The translations under genes were made by a program, and so were the position numbers. From NCBI GenBank assembly GCA_030265395.1, contig JARFYF010000094.1:91110974-91171720 (forward strand): a stretch of 60,747 nucleotides of DNA. Reading direction: 5' to 3'. Below the pieces are notes generated by a model. The model saw only the letters and a list, made by a program, of their open reading frames with translations. It had not been told where the DNA came from and did no database searches. Below are positions 12,090 to 24,984 of this stretch, one piece after another; position 1 is the stretch's first letter; each line of letters begins with the position of its first letter. This DNA is from Rhina ancylostomus (lineage: Eukaryota).

Positions 12090-14050
12090 TACATAGAACA
12101 TACAACAGTACAGCACGAGAAAAGGCCCTTCAGCCCATGATGTTGTGCCGAACACAATGCCAAATTAAATTAAATCTCTTCTGCATGTAAATCATCCATA
12201 TCCCTTCATTCCCTGCATATTCTGTCTAAAAGCCTCTTAAACACCACTATCGTTTCTGCTTCCACCACTACTTCTGACAGCCCATTCCAGGCATCCTGTC
12301 NNNNNNNNNNNNNNNNNNNNNNNNNNNNNNNNNNNNNNNNNNNNNNNNNNNNNNNNNNNNNNNNNNNNNNNNNNNNNNNNNNNNNNNNNNNTGCCACTCA
12401 TAAATTTTATAAACTTCTATAAAGTCTCCCCTCAGCATCGGACACTCCAAGGTTAGAAGTTTGTCTAACCTCTCCTTATAACTCATACCCTCTAATCCAG
12501 GCAGCATTCTTGTAAACCTCTTCTGTACCCTTTCTAAAGCTTCCACACCCTTCCTGTAATGGGGCAACCAGAATTGCACACAATACTCTAAGAGTGGCCT
12601 AATCAACATTTCATATAGCTGCAATGTAACTTCTTGACTATAATACTCCATGCCCCAACTAATGAACATAAGCATGCCATACACCTTCTTTACCACCCTA
12701 TCTACTTGCAAGGCCACTTTCCTGGATGGATTAAACTCCATCTGCCATTTCTCCACCCTTATTTTAACTGATCTGTATTCTGTGTCATTTGACAACCTTC
12801 TTCACTGTCCACAACTCCAATCTTTGTGTTCTCTGCAAACTTAATAAACCACCCATCTACATTTTCATTGAAGTCATCTGTATACATCACAAACACAGCG
12901 GTCCCAGCACTGATCCCTGCAGAACACCATTGGTCATAAACCTCTGGCTAGAATAACAGCCCTCCACAAGTATCCTCTGTTTTCTATGACCAAGCCAATT
13001 TTGAATCCAAGCTAACAAGTCACTGTGGATCCCGTGGATTTTAATCTTCTGGATGAGCCTACCATGAGGAAGCTTGTCAAATACCTAACTAAAGTCAATG
13101 TAGATAACATCCACTGCCCTAGCATCATCAATCACCTTTGTCATCTCTTCAATAATTTCCTGAATTATTCCTTCATGAATAATTTCCTTCATGAACAAAC
13201 GAATAACATTGGCTACTCTCCAGTCCTCCAGGAGTTCTCCCATTGCTAGTGAGGATACAAAGATCGTCGTCAAGTCTCCTCTCTTGCCTCTTTCAGTAAC
13301 CTGGGATGTATCCTCTTTTTTTTCTAATGAAGATTCTCTTTAATCCTGCTTGCCAAGGATATTTCATGGCCCCTTTTGGCCTTTTGTAATCCCTTGCTTG
13401 AGTTCTTTCCTGCTTTCTTTATATTCTTCAAGGGGCATGTCTGATTTTTAGCTTCCTAAACCTTCCGTATGTTTCTTTTTTCTGTTTGGCTAAACTCAAC
13501 CTTTCTCATCATCCGAGGTTCCCTCGCCTTGTATCCTTGTCCATCCTCCTTGCTGGAACATTACCAGTTCTGAACTCTGATCAGCTGGTTTTTAAACGAC
13601 TCCCACCTATCAGATGTGGACTTGTCTGATAACAGTTGCTCCCCTAGCTCCTGTCTAATAATGTTGTAATTTACCTTCCCCTAATTTTGTACTTTCCTGC
13701 AAGGTCCAGGCTTTTCCTTATTAATATCTATTATAAAACTTAATGAGTTGTGATTACTGTTCCCAAAGTGCTCTCTAACTTAACAGCCAGCCACCTGGCC
13801 AGGCTCATTTCCTAAAATAAGGTCCAGCATGGTCTCTTCTCCAGTTGGACAATCCACATACTGTTACAAGAAATCCTTTTTGATGCAGCTAAGAAATCCT
13901 GCTCCATCTAACCCTCTTGCACTAAGGAAGTCCCAGTCAATATTGGGGAAGTTAAAGTCACCCACTTCAACAACCTGGTTGCTTCTACATCTTTCCATGA
14001 GCTGTCTACATATCTGTTCCTTGTTTCTCTCCACATTGGGTGATCATTAT
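12090..14050 (-). mobile_element. Younger CR1 LINE nested within the older CR1
   Basis: ORF 12268-12795 (WQMEFN...RPLLEYCVQFW.PHYRK.VEALERVQKRFTRMLPGLEG) and 13085-13273 (EDWRVANV...AVDVIYIDFS); own 3' tail at 12090. Confidence 0.92.
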
Positions 14051-15773
14051 TGACCATTGTATTTGAAAAACATGTTTGGCCTCGCACATCTTTTCCTTTT
14101 TACATATCTATATAAGATCCTGTGGCCTGTTTTTATTTTTCTTATCAGTTTACTGTCAAATTCTGTCATACCTTTCTTTCAATTTCCTGGTCTCTTTTTG
14201 CTGAGTTCTAAAATGCTTCCATTCCTCTGATCTAATGTTATTCCTCGCAACTTTCTATGGAAGCAAAGAGAGTAGATAGGGTGTGTGTGTGAAATTGCTG
14301 CATTAATCTAGCTAGGTTTAAGTTCATGTCTTGGAGGGCAAAGTGATACCATGATGTGATCAATGGATTGCAAGCAGCAAGGTATGATTAAAGGTTGCCT
14401 TGTGCTAATCAAAGGTTGTGCTCCAGAGTAAGTACAAATAATTGACACAGTTATTGCTGAAATACTTTTATTTTACATGCATATATGAAGAGCATCTTGA
14501 AGCTCATTTTTTTCAAATTGGTACTTTAATGTCCTTATCTGCAGTTTTGTTTTGTGAATTTTGGTGCCTGTTACTAGTCTCTGAAGGATTGTCTGGATTG
14601 CACCTGCTTTGCGAGAGCTTGAAAGAATAGCACTCTGCCAGCTTGCTCAGGGTTGGCTTTGGCACGGCCTGCAGCTCCAATATAGGATGGCGATGATATA
14701 AGGCCATCAGTATCATATGCAATGGTCCTGGAACAGTGCCTGACTGAGAGACATGGCACACTGTGGTACTGGAAAACGACTGCTTGTAATTGTGTCGCCA
14801 TGACAGCTGTGTGTTTGTTCAAAGGTTGCTTGTTCTATTCCCCTCTTTGTTTCCTTTTATCTATGTATTTGAGTCTTGAAACAGATTTCTGATTGTTGCA
14901 ATCTCTCAACTGAAGTGTCACAGCACTTGAACCAAGTCACTCACATTCACTCACTGTAGATTGGTATACTTTCATTAGTTATCAGTTAGGCTAAAGTTAC
15001 ACATATGTTTTGAAGGAGTGCAAGATGTTGAGTGGCACATATACCACACCAACCTTTGTAATCCACTGAGTGATAGATTGTGGATGACAAGGCAGATTGA
15101 CTTGCATGTCCTGGGGTTTATTGGTGATGGGCAGGTCAGAAATATTTCTTTCTTGATCTGTACAGAGAATAATTCTCTGTAGCATATTGGCTGAGCAAAT
15201 CCACTCTTTCTACCCCCCCCCCCACCACAGTGGGAGTNNNNNNNNNNNNNNNNNNNNNNNNNNNNNNNNNNNNNNNNNNNNNNNNNNNNNNNNNNNNNNN
15301 NNNNNNNNNNNNNNNNNNNNNNNNNNNNNNNNNNNNNCCCACCACAGTGGAAGATATCCTTTTGAGTGTCCAAGATATTCCACTCCTCTAAGGAGATCAA
15401 TGGTAGCAGAATACTATCAGTTATCTCCAGCCTTCTTTCACTGAAGACAATGCAATACTGATATTCTATACTGAAGCATGTACATTAGCCCTATCCCACG
15501 TGATGTCAGAGTATCAAAGTGTGTGGTTTCCTTTGTTCTTTCTAAACCATCAACAATTGAAAACTCCTTATAGTCAATCATGGCCAAGATATAGTGAAAG
15601 GAGCACTGACAAACTGTGCTTCCTTGTACTACTGAGTTTGTAATTGGAACGGAATCTCATTCATTCTTTTTTGTTCACTGCTCTAACTCTTTGGTAATTG
15701 TGGAATGTAAATGAAATGGAGCATCATATCATTATCATTTGGCCAAAGCCTGTCATTAAATTATTTTTTTCAG

Positions 15774-15961
15774 GAAATAATACCTCTCCATGGGCACAGA
15801 ACCTGAGTTCTGTTGATTATCAACTTCTCTGTCGAGATGGAAGCCGTGCTGAAGTTACAAACTGGAAAGCGTGCCACCTCGCCAGGGTGCCCACCCGAGC
15901 AGTGGTAGTGAGAGCAGATTCAGATGGCAGTGCTATCTTCATTTTACTGGATGCAGGACAG
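15774..15961 (+). CDS. MELTF: Melanotransferrin exon 7-equivalent (GNNTSPWAQNL...YQLLCRDGSRA...CHLARVPTRAVVVR...GQ)
   Basis: tttcag|GA...CAG|gtatg, 188 nt; LLCxDG and CHLARVP motifs. Confidence 0.96.
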
Positions 15962-16899
15962 GTATGGAAATGTTTTGCCAACTAAGCCAATTTGTCAACT
16001 CTTAATGTTTTAAATAAAATGTATGTTTAAATGCAGCTCACTTTGAATGAAAAATAGTATGAACTGTTTAGAGGTAATATGCACATGTTATTGTTAAGAA
16101 ATTGAGCCTTGGGTTGTTACATAAAAATACAATAATATCAATATTCCAAACATTTTCCTGAGTATTTTGACTTGGGGCCCAACAAAGCTGTCCCCTTTTC
16201 ATAAATTAGCTTATGGATTGGATGGGGAAGAGGCCACTGGCTCAATGACTCTGCATCAGTGCTTTTGAAGAGCAATCTAATTGGAACTACTCCATTTCCT
16301 CTTTCTCTACATCTTTGTAAAATTTTCACCTTTAAGCTCTTAACAAGTTCACTTTTGAAAGCTCCATTCCAACTATTATATCATTAAAAATTCTAACTAT
16401 TTGTAGTATGAAAATGTTTTTCCTCATGATACGACTGGTTCTGTTGTCAATTGTCTTGAATCAGGTACCTTTTGTCACCAGAAACTCATTTCATTTGATC
16501 TCACTCAGGCCCATTTAGGTTGCCCATTTCAATAGCTTTCGATATTTGTGTTGTTTAATGGTAGCTTATACCTAAGGAGCAGAAATTGTGCTTTTCTGGG
16601 GTGGTAGTCCTGGAAGTGAAAGATGACACGCATAGTAAGATAATAAATATAAAGATCAAGCCTTATGAAACATCTGATTGATTCATTATAGCTTTTCTGG
16701 GGAATTATTAGTTATTGCTGACTAACTAGATTGGTCTGTCACTTCAGTGGGAACGATATTCCAGAAGAAGACTTATTCTCTTCTGTTTGACAAGATTGCA
16801 GAGGAATAGCATGAAGGAGACACTTTGACAATTGGCAGTGCAGTGTAATAGGGATTTATACAGACTGGTATTGACGGCTTTTTTTTCTTAATTGTGCTT

Positions 16900-17830
16900 T
16901 CTCCTCAACCTTGACAAGGCTGACAACTCTGTCTTGTCTGTTTCCTGCACTTTGCCTCTCACCCACTTCTCTTCCCAGCCAGGGCAAGGTTCCCCTTGAA
17001 CTCACCTTCTACCCCAACACCCTCCATTTTCAATGCAGCATCCACCACCTTCAATGGAATTCTATCACTGGACACATCCTCCCCTTTTCACCTACCTGTT
17101 CCCTTCCTTTCAGCATTCTGAAGGGTCAATTCCCTTGGCAACTTCATGGTCTGCTCTTCTTCTCCAACTCCCCTTTTCATGGCACTTTCTCTTGCAATTG
17201 CAGGAGATTCTACATTTTCCCCTTTACCTTGTTCTTGCAGGTTAAGTCACGATTCACTTGCATTTCTTCAATTCTGTGCACATGATATGGTCTTCTGTAC
17301 AATGGCGAAACTAGAGGCAGATTGGGTGACCCCTTTGCAGAACACCTTTGCTCAGTCTAGAAGACAGACCCTGAACTTCCAGTTGCCTGCCATTTTAATT
17401 TTCCATCCCANNNNNNNNNNNNNNNNNNNNNNNNNNNNNNNNNNNNNNNNNNNNNNNNNNNNNNNNNNNNNNNNNNNNNNNNNNNNNNNNNNNNNNNNNN
17501 NNNNNNNNNNCCCTGAACTTCCAGTTGCCTGCCATTTTAATTTTCCATCCCACTCTCACTCTGACCTCCTACACTGTTCTATTGTGGCCTAATATAAACA
17601 TGAGGATCATCACCTCACCTTGTGCCAGGGCACTTTGTGACTCTTGGGATTTGGTATTGAACTAAACAATTCCAGATAACCACCTTTTCTGCTTATGTCA
17701 GAACTGGGCAGTACTAATTTAAGGTCATCTACCGGAAACATTAACTCGATGTTTTTCTCTCTGCAGATGTTGCCCTTTCTGCTTGGTATTTGCAACATTC
17801 TCTTTTGTTTCAGATTTCCAGCAATTGCTT
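16900..17830 (+). mobile_element. Penelope-like element remnant (GIY-YIG region plus terminal repeat)
   Basis: Peptides KVPLELTFYP, GTFSCNCRR, QVKSRFTCISS, PELPVACHFN.PSHSHSDL; followed by terminal-repeat sequence. Confidence 0.75.
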
Positions 17831-18304
17831 TGTTCTGCATCTCTTAGATCCATCATGTTCTTTTGTTTTATTTTTTTCTCTAATTTCCCTCATTCATGTA
17901 ATAACCAGACAACTTCAAAAAAAAATTGTGTCATCTGGATATTATATTTCCACTCGATCACAGACTTTCTCTTTGTTCTCTACACCACTCCCCCTCTCTG
18001 TACCTGAAAGCACATTTGTTTTCTCACTTTTCCAGTTTTGATCAAAGGTTATTCAGCTGAAATGTTAATCTTCCTTCTTCCGCCTCAAGTTTTTCCAGCA
18101 CTATCTATTCTTAATTCAGATTTCCAACATCTGTAGTTGTTGATTGTTCACAATGAACCGACTGACCTGCTTCATTGTAATATATTTTGAGCTAATTTGA
18201 TGGACAACTCTGTCTCTTCCATGAGGTGGTATATAATTCACTACCACCTATATAAGGATAATTGTGACACACACTTCAATTAAAAAAATATCTTTTGCTT
18301 ACAG

Positions 18305-18479
18305 AAAAAATTTGGCATTACCTCTACTGGATTTAAGATATTTGATTCCACTTCATATAATAACAAAGACTTGCTGTTCAAGGATGCCACCAAAGAATTC
18401 TCTCTCATCAAAAACCAAACTTATCAGGCCTGGTTGGGGACAGAGTATCTTGAATCCTTGAAAGGACTTGATTGCTACA
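18305..18479 (+). CDS. MELTF: Melanotransferrin exon 8-equivalent (KKFG...FKIFDS...KDLLFKDAT...WLGTEYLESLKGLDCY)
   Basis: ttacag|AAA...TACA|gtaagt, 175 nt; DLLFKD and WLGxEY motifs; not captured in frame by the ORF track. Confidence 0.95.
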
Positions 18480-19089
18480 GTAAGTGATATATTTCAAATC
18501 AAGAAAATTATTAACAAAAGGGTTTAACCACAGTAAAAGCTAAACTGTGAAATACATTATTGCACCATAGAACATTATTGCTCAAATCTTCTGGCATGGT
18601 AAAACAAAACATGAGCCTGGAAATTTCTGTTCATCACATTTTAAAAAAATATATTGGTTGGCATAGGTACTTAAAAGGGATTGGCTGTTGTTATATTTAA
18701 AATGTCTTTCTATTTGTTTTAAATGAAAACTGTATGTTATTGGTCATAGAAGTGCGCTGCTTCCAAGTTGATACAAAGGAAAGTCAATAACGTTGCACAG
18801 CCATGTTTTTGGAGGACTTGCTGGATTTCATAAGTTTGAAACCAAAAATTGTATTTCCTCCTTGTACAATGGGAACTGTAAATTCTAGCTTTAATTGGTG
18901 CTTTAATTGTGATGATGCTCCATCTAAACAGTATATGACGTGCAAGTGTGGTGCATAACATACATGCACACGCCTCTTGTGAACACCACTTTCGCAGGAA
19001 TACAAGGGCATCAGGTGAAGGTGCTGCAAGATTTTCTTTGCACCTGTGCATGTACGTGCTTGTGCATATTGGCAATAAACTTGACTTCG

Positions 19090-20365
19090 ACTAGATTGGA
19101 AGAAGTGTAAGATCATCTTTGCAATTTCCACCATCTTCTAGTGAATCTACTATCAGTCTCTTCTCCTGCTTCCCTTTCAGCATTCCAAACAGACTTTTCC
19201 TTCACAATTCCATTTCCATTAGCCATTCCCCTTCTCATGGCCCATCCCACACAACTGCAGGAAATGCCCAGGGTATCCCAATGCTGCAGCAGGTAGTGCT
19301 GCTTCCTCACAGATCCACTGAGCCCGATTCAGTGATGAATTCCCATTTCTGTCTGAGTGAAGTTTGTATGTTCTCCCTGTGATTGCTCATGTTTCCCCTA
19401 GGTGCTCCGGTTTCCTCCCGCATCCCAAAGATCTGGTAGGTTAATTCACCACTGTAAATTACCCCTAATATGGGTGGTAGAATTGATGGAAATTTGCAGA
19501 GAATAGGCTGCAGAAAAAATTAGTGGTTGGTGGAGAATGGGATTGCTCTGTGTGTCGGCATAGACTGATTGGGCTGAATGGCCTCCTACATGGAAGAAAA
19601 TATTCTATTTTACCTCATCCCTTTGCACACAGGGGTCCATACATTCCTTCCAGGTGAAGAAGTATTTCACTAGCATTTCTTCCAGTGTAATGTATTGTAT
19701 TGGTTCTCCCAATGCAACTTCCTCTTCACTGAAAAAAGCGAATGCAAATTGGATGGCTGCATTGCAAAACATACCTGCTCAGTCTGCAAGGCTAAGCCTG
19801 ACTTCCAGTTACCTGTTGCTTTAATTCCCCATCCCACTCCCACTCTGTGCTGTTCCAATGAGGCTTGGCAAACAGTATTTCTTTTTCCAGTTAGGAACAT
19901 TTCAGTCTTCCAAACTTGTATTGAATTTAACTATTTTAATAATTTGCTTTTTCTGTTTGTATCAGAACTGGTCAGTTCTCCTTAAGATTATTGATCTATA
20001 ATATTAAATAGTTTTTTTCTTTCTCCACAGACACTGGCTGATATGTTTCTCATTTTGTATCTCTAACAACTTTGACCTGTATTTCAGAGCTTTACTTGTC
20101 CCTTTTCTTTTTCTCTCTCTAACTTTCCCCATTAACCTATTAACCATAAGCTCCCTAAACACTTGAATCACCCAGGCAATCCTATCAGAAAAATTCCCTT
20201 TGTGCGATCCATCGCTCCCCCATCCTCTCTGCAACCTAAAAACAAACTTATTTTCTCAGTCACCTAGTCCTGATGAAGGATATTTGACCTGGAATAATAC
20301 TTCTGTTTCTCCTTCCACCATTGCTGCCTGACATGCAGAGTGTTTCCAGCATTTTCCGTTTTCAT
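19090..20365 (+). mobile_element. Penelope-like remnant interrupted by a SINE, ending in a terminal repeat with a hammerhead-like core
   Basis: ECKLDGCIAKH...PDFQLPVALI and similarity to the 17.0-17.7 kb copy; ctgatgaagg at 20270. Confidence 0.65.
19275..19590 (+). mobile_element. V-domain SINE (HE1-like)
   Basis: agtttgtatgttctccctgtg...ggtgctccggtttcctcccgcatcccaaaga V-core plus CR1-type tail gggctgaatggcct. Confidence 0.8.
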
Positions 20366-20556
20366 GTTAAAACCATACTTGTTAAAGCTTTGTGGTTGAA
20401 TTGTTTCAAAACCAGTTCGAGGATTATTCTCTGCTTAAGTCATTGGTAACACAGGACAAAATAGAAACATTTATATGTGTTGTTTAAAGCAAATTCTGAC
20501 AATGAAGTTGCCTCAGTACGGACAGGTAATAAGCTTGTGTTGCTTTCTTAACTCAG

Positions 20557-20708
20557 ACTTCCCAGAGACTCTGCGCTGGTGCACACAGTCCAGAAGTGAA
20601 ATACTGAAATGTGCAGCTATGGCTGAAGCATTCCAAAGCAAAAACCTGACACCACCAATTCAATGCGTTTCAGGTGATAATCCCAATGACTGCATGATAA
20701 AAATTAAG
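20557..20708 (+). CDS. MELTF: Melanotransferrin exon 9-equivalent, start of C-lobe (NFPETLRWCTQSRSEILKC...IQCVSG...CMIKIK)
   Basis: ctcag|AC...AAG|gtagg, 152 nt; LRWC...ExxKC lobe-start motif. Confidence 0.96.
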
Positions 20709-21479
20709 GTAGGATCCATACTTGCACAATACCCACAATGATAACTGCTCAAGGTGGATGTGTACATATGTACACAATTTCTATAGGACGTTAAAACAAA
20801 GAAAACCCAAATCTCTGTTTCAAGGCTTGCAGGTTATTTTATTGGATTCTTCAGTACAGAACACGATATTCAAGTGAATGGTTTGTCGTAGATCTTTATC
20901 CTCAGTGTAAACGTTTCAGAAGTTTATTTGGGTAGCTCAAAAGAGCGTAAGGAAAATGAACAAGAAAAAAGAAACAATGAGACCCATTAATTTAGTGTGA
21001 CCATCTTTTTAAACAAACCTGGGAACATGCAATGCCATTAAGCAAAATAGGTTGTGCTGTGTACTGAGACAAAAATTTCTAAAGCCCTGCATTTTAAAAG
21101 CTTTATATTTGAACTGCAGACGTGAACGTCATTTTTGCTTTTAGGGCTTTGTGGCACAACAGTGTGAAGAGAAACCGAGTTAATGTATCTGTCAAAGATC
21201 CTTCATCAGAACTGGGAAAGTGAGAAAACAAGTTAGTTTTAAGTTGCAGGGATGATAGGAAGGGAGAGATAACAGAGAGAATTTCTCTGATGGGGTTGCG
21301 AAGGTGATGCAAGATACTGTAAATAAATAATGCAATAATAATGTTAAGAGCCCTGAGTCAGAAAACATTGGCAAGTGAAGTTATACATATGCAGTGTATG
21401 GTGGTTTGAGGAGTCCATATAAACAAGATGATACTGATGTCCAACCTTGGTGTGATCTCTTCCTTCTCCCCTATTCAAA

Positions 21480-22035
21480 TCCCAAATCTTCTTAATCTTG
21501 AGCCCTTGTTGTACACTTCCTCCATCCCCTTTTGCTCTCCTCACTCTGCTACCACCACCTAATCTCCTTATTGCCTGATCTCTCCAGCCCCCAATCTCTC
21601 CAATTTGCTTCCTCTGATCTCCCCACTCGCTCCCCAGATATCTTCACTCCTTTGATCTCTCATCATACTCTTCCCCATAACCTCCTCACGCTGCTCCCAC
21701 TCCCAAACCTCATCATCCATACATACTTCCCAGGATCTCTTAACCCAGATCTGGCCACCCAGCTCTGATTGCTTGTACCCCCTGATCTACCCATTCTGAT
21801 CCATACCCCAGTCCCATCCTTGCCAATCTCACTGACCTGATTTCATCACCCTTCTCCCATCTCTCCAATCTCACCACCCCATTCCTGACCTGCAAATCTC
21901 CCCTCCCTTTTCCACCCACTGATTTCCACCTACTTTCATTGTGCTTTCTGATTGTCCCATGACAATTACTATTCCATGCACAGCTCACACCCACTAATCT
22001 GCCCCTCTTGATCCATACCTCAGTCCCATCTTTGC
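21480..22035 (+). repeat. C/T-rich degenerate low-complexity repeat
   Basis: Recurring (g/a)atctc(c) words; tgatccatacc.cagtcccatc.ttgc occurs at ~21797 and ~22009. Confidence 0.5.
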
Positions 22036-22614
22036 ATGGTGGTCATTACTGACATGGGCTTGTGTGCTAATCATAATGCTACACTTGCCTTCTGCAGCAT
22101 CACAGGACCATTGTACTGAAGGCCTTGACTCCACAATCCTTCCATGAGGCAAGAGCAGGGTGCAAGTGGACTCGGGCAGTAAAACCAGGGGCCTCTTTCC
22201 TGGGTTGCCGTTGACACCTTGCTGTTCTCAAGGGCATTTTACTGTTTTTGAATGCTTCTGAATATTAAAGTTTAAGTAGATTTAAATGAGTGAAAAATAT
22301 TTGTCTTGGAAATAAGTCAGAAGACAAAAATAAATTAATTAAAAGAACATTTAAATACTGTAAAGTGATGAGAAAGTTAAGTATAAAGAAAAATAAACAA
22401 GTCTTCACATTAACAGCTTAATGAAGATTGGTTATCCCATACACATCAAGAAGGCTGTTGCTTGTATGGGATCAAAGGCTGGTGCAAAGCAGAAGAACTT
22501 TTGGCTCAGAATGATCTGGAGCTAATGCTGGACTTGGTGTCGAGTACAGTGGCCTCCAGTGGGTTTCCAACTTCTGGGTTGTGGTGCACAGAATTCCGCT
22601 GTGCAAACTAGATG

Positions 22615-23491
22615 AAAAACATGATGAGGCTGGAGGAACTCAGCAGGCCAGGCAGCAACCATGGAGAAAAGCAGGTGGTCAATGTTTCGGGTCAGGACCC
22701 TTCTTCAGGACATGATAGGAGAGGTTTAGAGGGCTTGTGGGCCAAAGGCAGGCGGATGGGACAACTTGCTGGGCAACATAGTTGGCACGGACGAATTGGC
22801 AGGACCGTAGGTTCTGTTTCCATGCTGTATGACTCTGACTCTATGAGTAAATTCTCCTTGGGTTGGCAAACTCTGACTGTAACATATGGATTGTTGTTTG
22901 GGCCCTAGCTATTCACAATCTATGTTAATGATTTGGCTGAGGGAACCAAATGTCATATCCCCAAATTTGCTGATGATGCTAAACCCTGTGGGATTACAAG
23001 TATAGAGGAGGATATAAAATTTACAAGAAAACATGAACAAGTCAGGAGAGTGTGTGAGAACTTGACAAATAGAATATAATGTGGAAATTGTGAGGCGATT
23101 CATTTTTTAAATTGAGAGATTGGATAGTTTTGATGTTCAACGGGCCCAAGGTAAATCACTGAGGACCAACATGCAAGTGCAACAAATAATTAGGAAGAAA
23201 AATGTTAACCTTTTATAGAACCATAGAACAATAGAACAATACAGCACAATACAGGCCCTTTGGCCCACCGTGTTGTGCCGCCATCAAACTACACCTCCCA
23301 CCATCTAACCCTTTCCTCCCGCATATCCCTCTATCCCANNNNNNNNNNNNNNNNNNNNNNNNNNNNNNNNNNNNNNNNNNNNNNNNNNNNNNNNNNNNNN
23401 NNNNNNNNNNNNNNNNNNNNNNNNNNNNNNNNNNNNNNGGGGGGACGCGGGGGGGGGATTACTTAAAGTGGTAGAATTCAATGTTCATGCC
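22615..23491. mobile_element. Composite of Penelope-like ends and CR1 fragments bounded by a 14-bp direct repeat
   Basis: gtgcaaactagatg at 22601-22614 and 23492-23505; Penelope terminus (-) 22615-22712, CR1 3' end (+) ~22713-22845, CR1 RT (+) ~22850-23215, CR1 tail (-) to the gap, Penelope (-) after the gap. Confidence 0.65.
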
Positions 23492-23850
23492 GTGCAAACT
23501 AGATGCTGAAACTAGAGTTATGTGTGTAAAAGGATCACAGAAGCACAACAATAGACAACATCTTCAACCAAGTACTGTAGATGGTTCTATGAGATTGATC
23601 TGCTGATGAATCCATTAATTGAATATTTGGTTTCCTTGCTGAGGACTATCCCTCAAGCTGCTGGTATGGAACCACCTTCTCCCTTTTTCTTTTCTAATAT
23701 GTGGAAAACTACGTCAGCAATTTTCTCCTACCTGATGTCTCCAGCAAGGAGGCATAGTCTTCATGTCCCTGGTTTTTCTTTAATTATGTAATTTTAATCA
23801 ATATAAAGTCTTGATTTAAATACACAATTTTGTTTATTGCTTTGTCACAG

Positions 23851-23947
23851 AATAAAGATATTGATGCAGTAACCTTGGATGCAGGACAGATTTACACCGC
23901 TGGGAAGGTATATGGATTGGTGCCTGCTGCAGGGGAAAGTTACACAA
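23851..23947 (+). CDS. MELTF: Melanotransferrin exon 10-equivalent ([32 protein letters not shown])
   Basis: cacag|AAT...ACAA|gtaagt, 97 nt; DAVTLD with the Asp ligand; YGLVPAAGE is typical of MELTF. Confidence 0.96.
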
Positions 23948-24984
23948 GTAAGTACAATATAATAATTGAGCAATAATGTGGTTCAAGTAAACAACTGCAC
24001 TTAAAGTGCATTGGCAGGAGAACTAAGGCTGACTGTCATTCTCCTGGAACCCTGATGCAACCTTGAAATAATAATTCCCAGAAGAGGCAAAGAGGGCACT
24101 GACTCTTCCTAGAAAGCTGAAGCAATCTTCTTATCCTATTGCACAGAAAATCTTGAAAACACAAAATAAAGAATCCTTTTCTCTATCTGAATTCATTTGA
24201 ATAAACAACAAATTTTTGTGCTATAACCAGTCAGGCATTCTTTAAGTAATTCATTTCCATTACCAAACAGACAACATTTTATGTAAGTATAAGAATTTCA
24301 ATATCACTAACTAGGCAATATACTGTATCTTGTTCATAGACATTAATGCCAAGGAGTTCATTGCTATTCTTTTTAGTGGGAGAGAATGGAAAATTTGATA
24401 ACTAGAGTTCTGTGATTTATTTCATTGTTATTCAAAGGACAGTTTTTCAGTTGAAGCATTAAATTAGGTAGTTTACACTTCTGTTTAAATGTAAATTAAA
24501 AGTGACAGTTTTTGTAGGGGCAGAAAAATTTCATCCACATTAGCGTGCACTGATTCAGTTTCCATTTCTGATGAAATTCATACCTTATGCTTTCTACATG
24601 GAATCACATAGAGGTTGAATGAGTACATTCCACATAAAGGTACTTTTTGAAGTAGTGAGCAGTCTATAGGCCAGCCTTTATCTCAAAGTAAGAACAATTA
24701 ATGACGTGGGCCAAACTGGTGTGTAGATAAAACTCAGTTACCAAGCTGGTTATACTCTTACTCAGAACATCTTGTTCAAACATTTTGACATTTAGTTAAC
24801 AAATTGGCAGAAAGCCATAGATTGTAAATTGTTTTGCTCAGAATGTTATCCAGTATTAAGGTTGACAAGTTCAGGACAACAGTGAGGCATTCAGGAGTAT
24901 AAAAGACATTGTAATCACTGTGTTGGCAAGTTCAAGGCCAAACTGTTGGGAGTCAGAGAGGAGGATGCTAACTGGACATTAAGT

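Noticed and set aside
17369-17552. ~42-bp duplication around a gap; similar short overlaps at 15.2-15.3 kb and 8.3-8.4 kb
   Set aside because: Same contig-overlap artefact at 100-N gaps.
23996-24010. Short palindrome tgcactt-a-aagtgca downstream of exon 10
   Set aside because: 7-bp arms are expected by chance in 60 kb.
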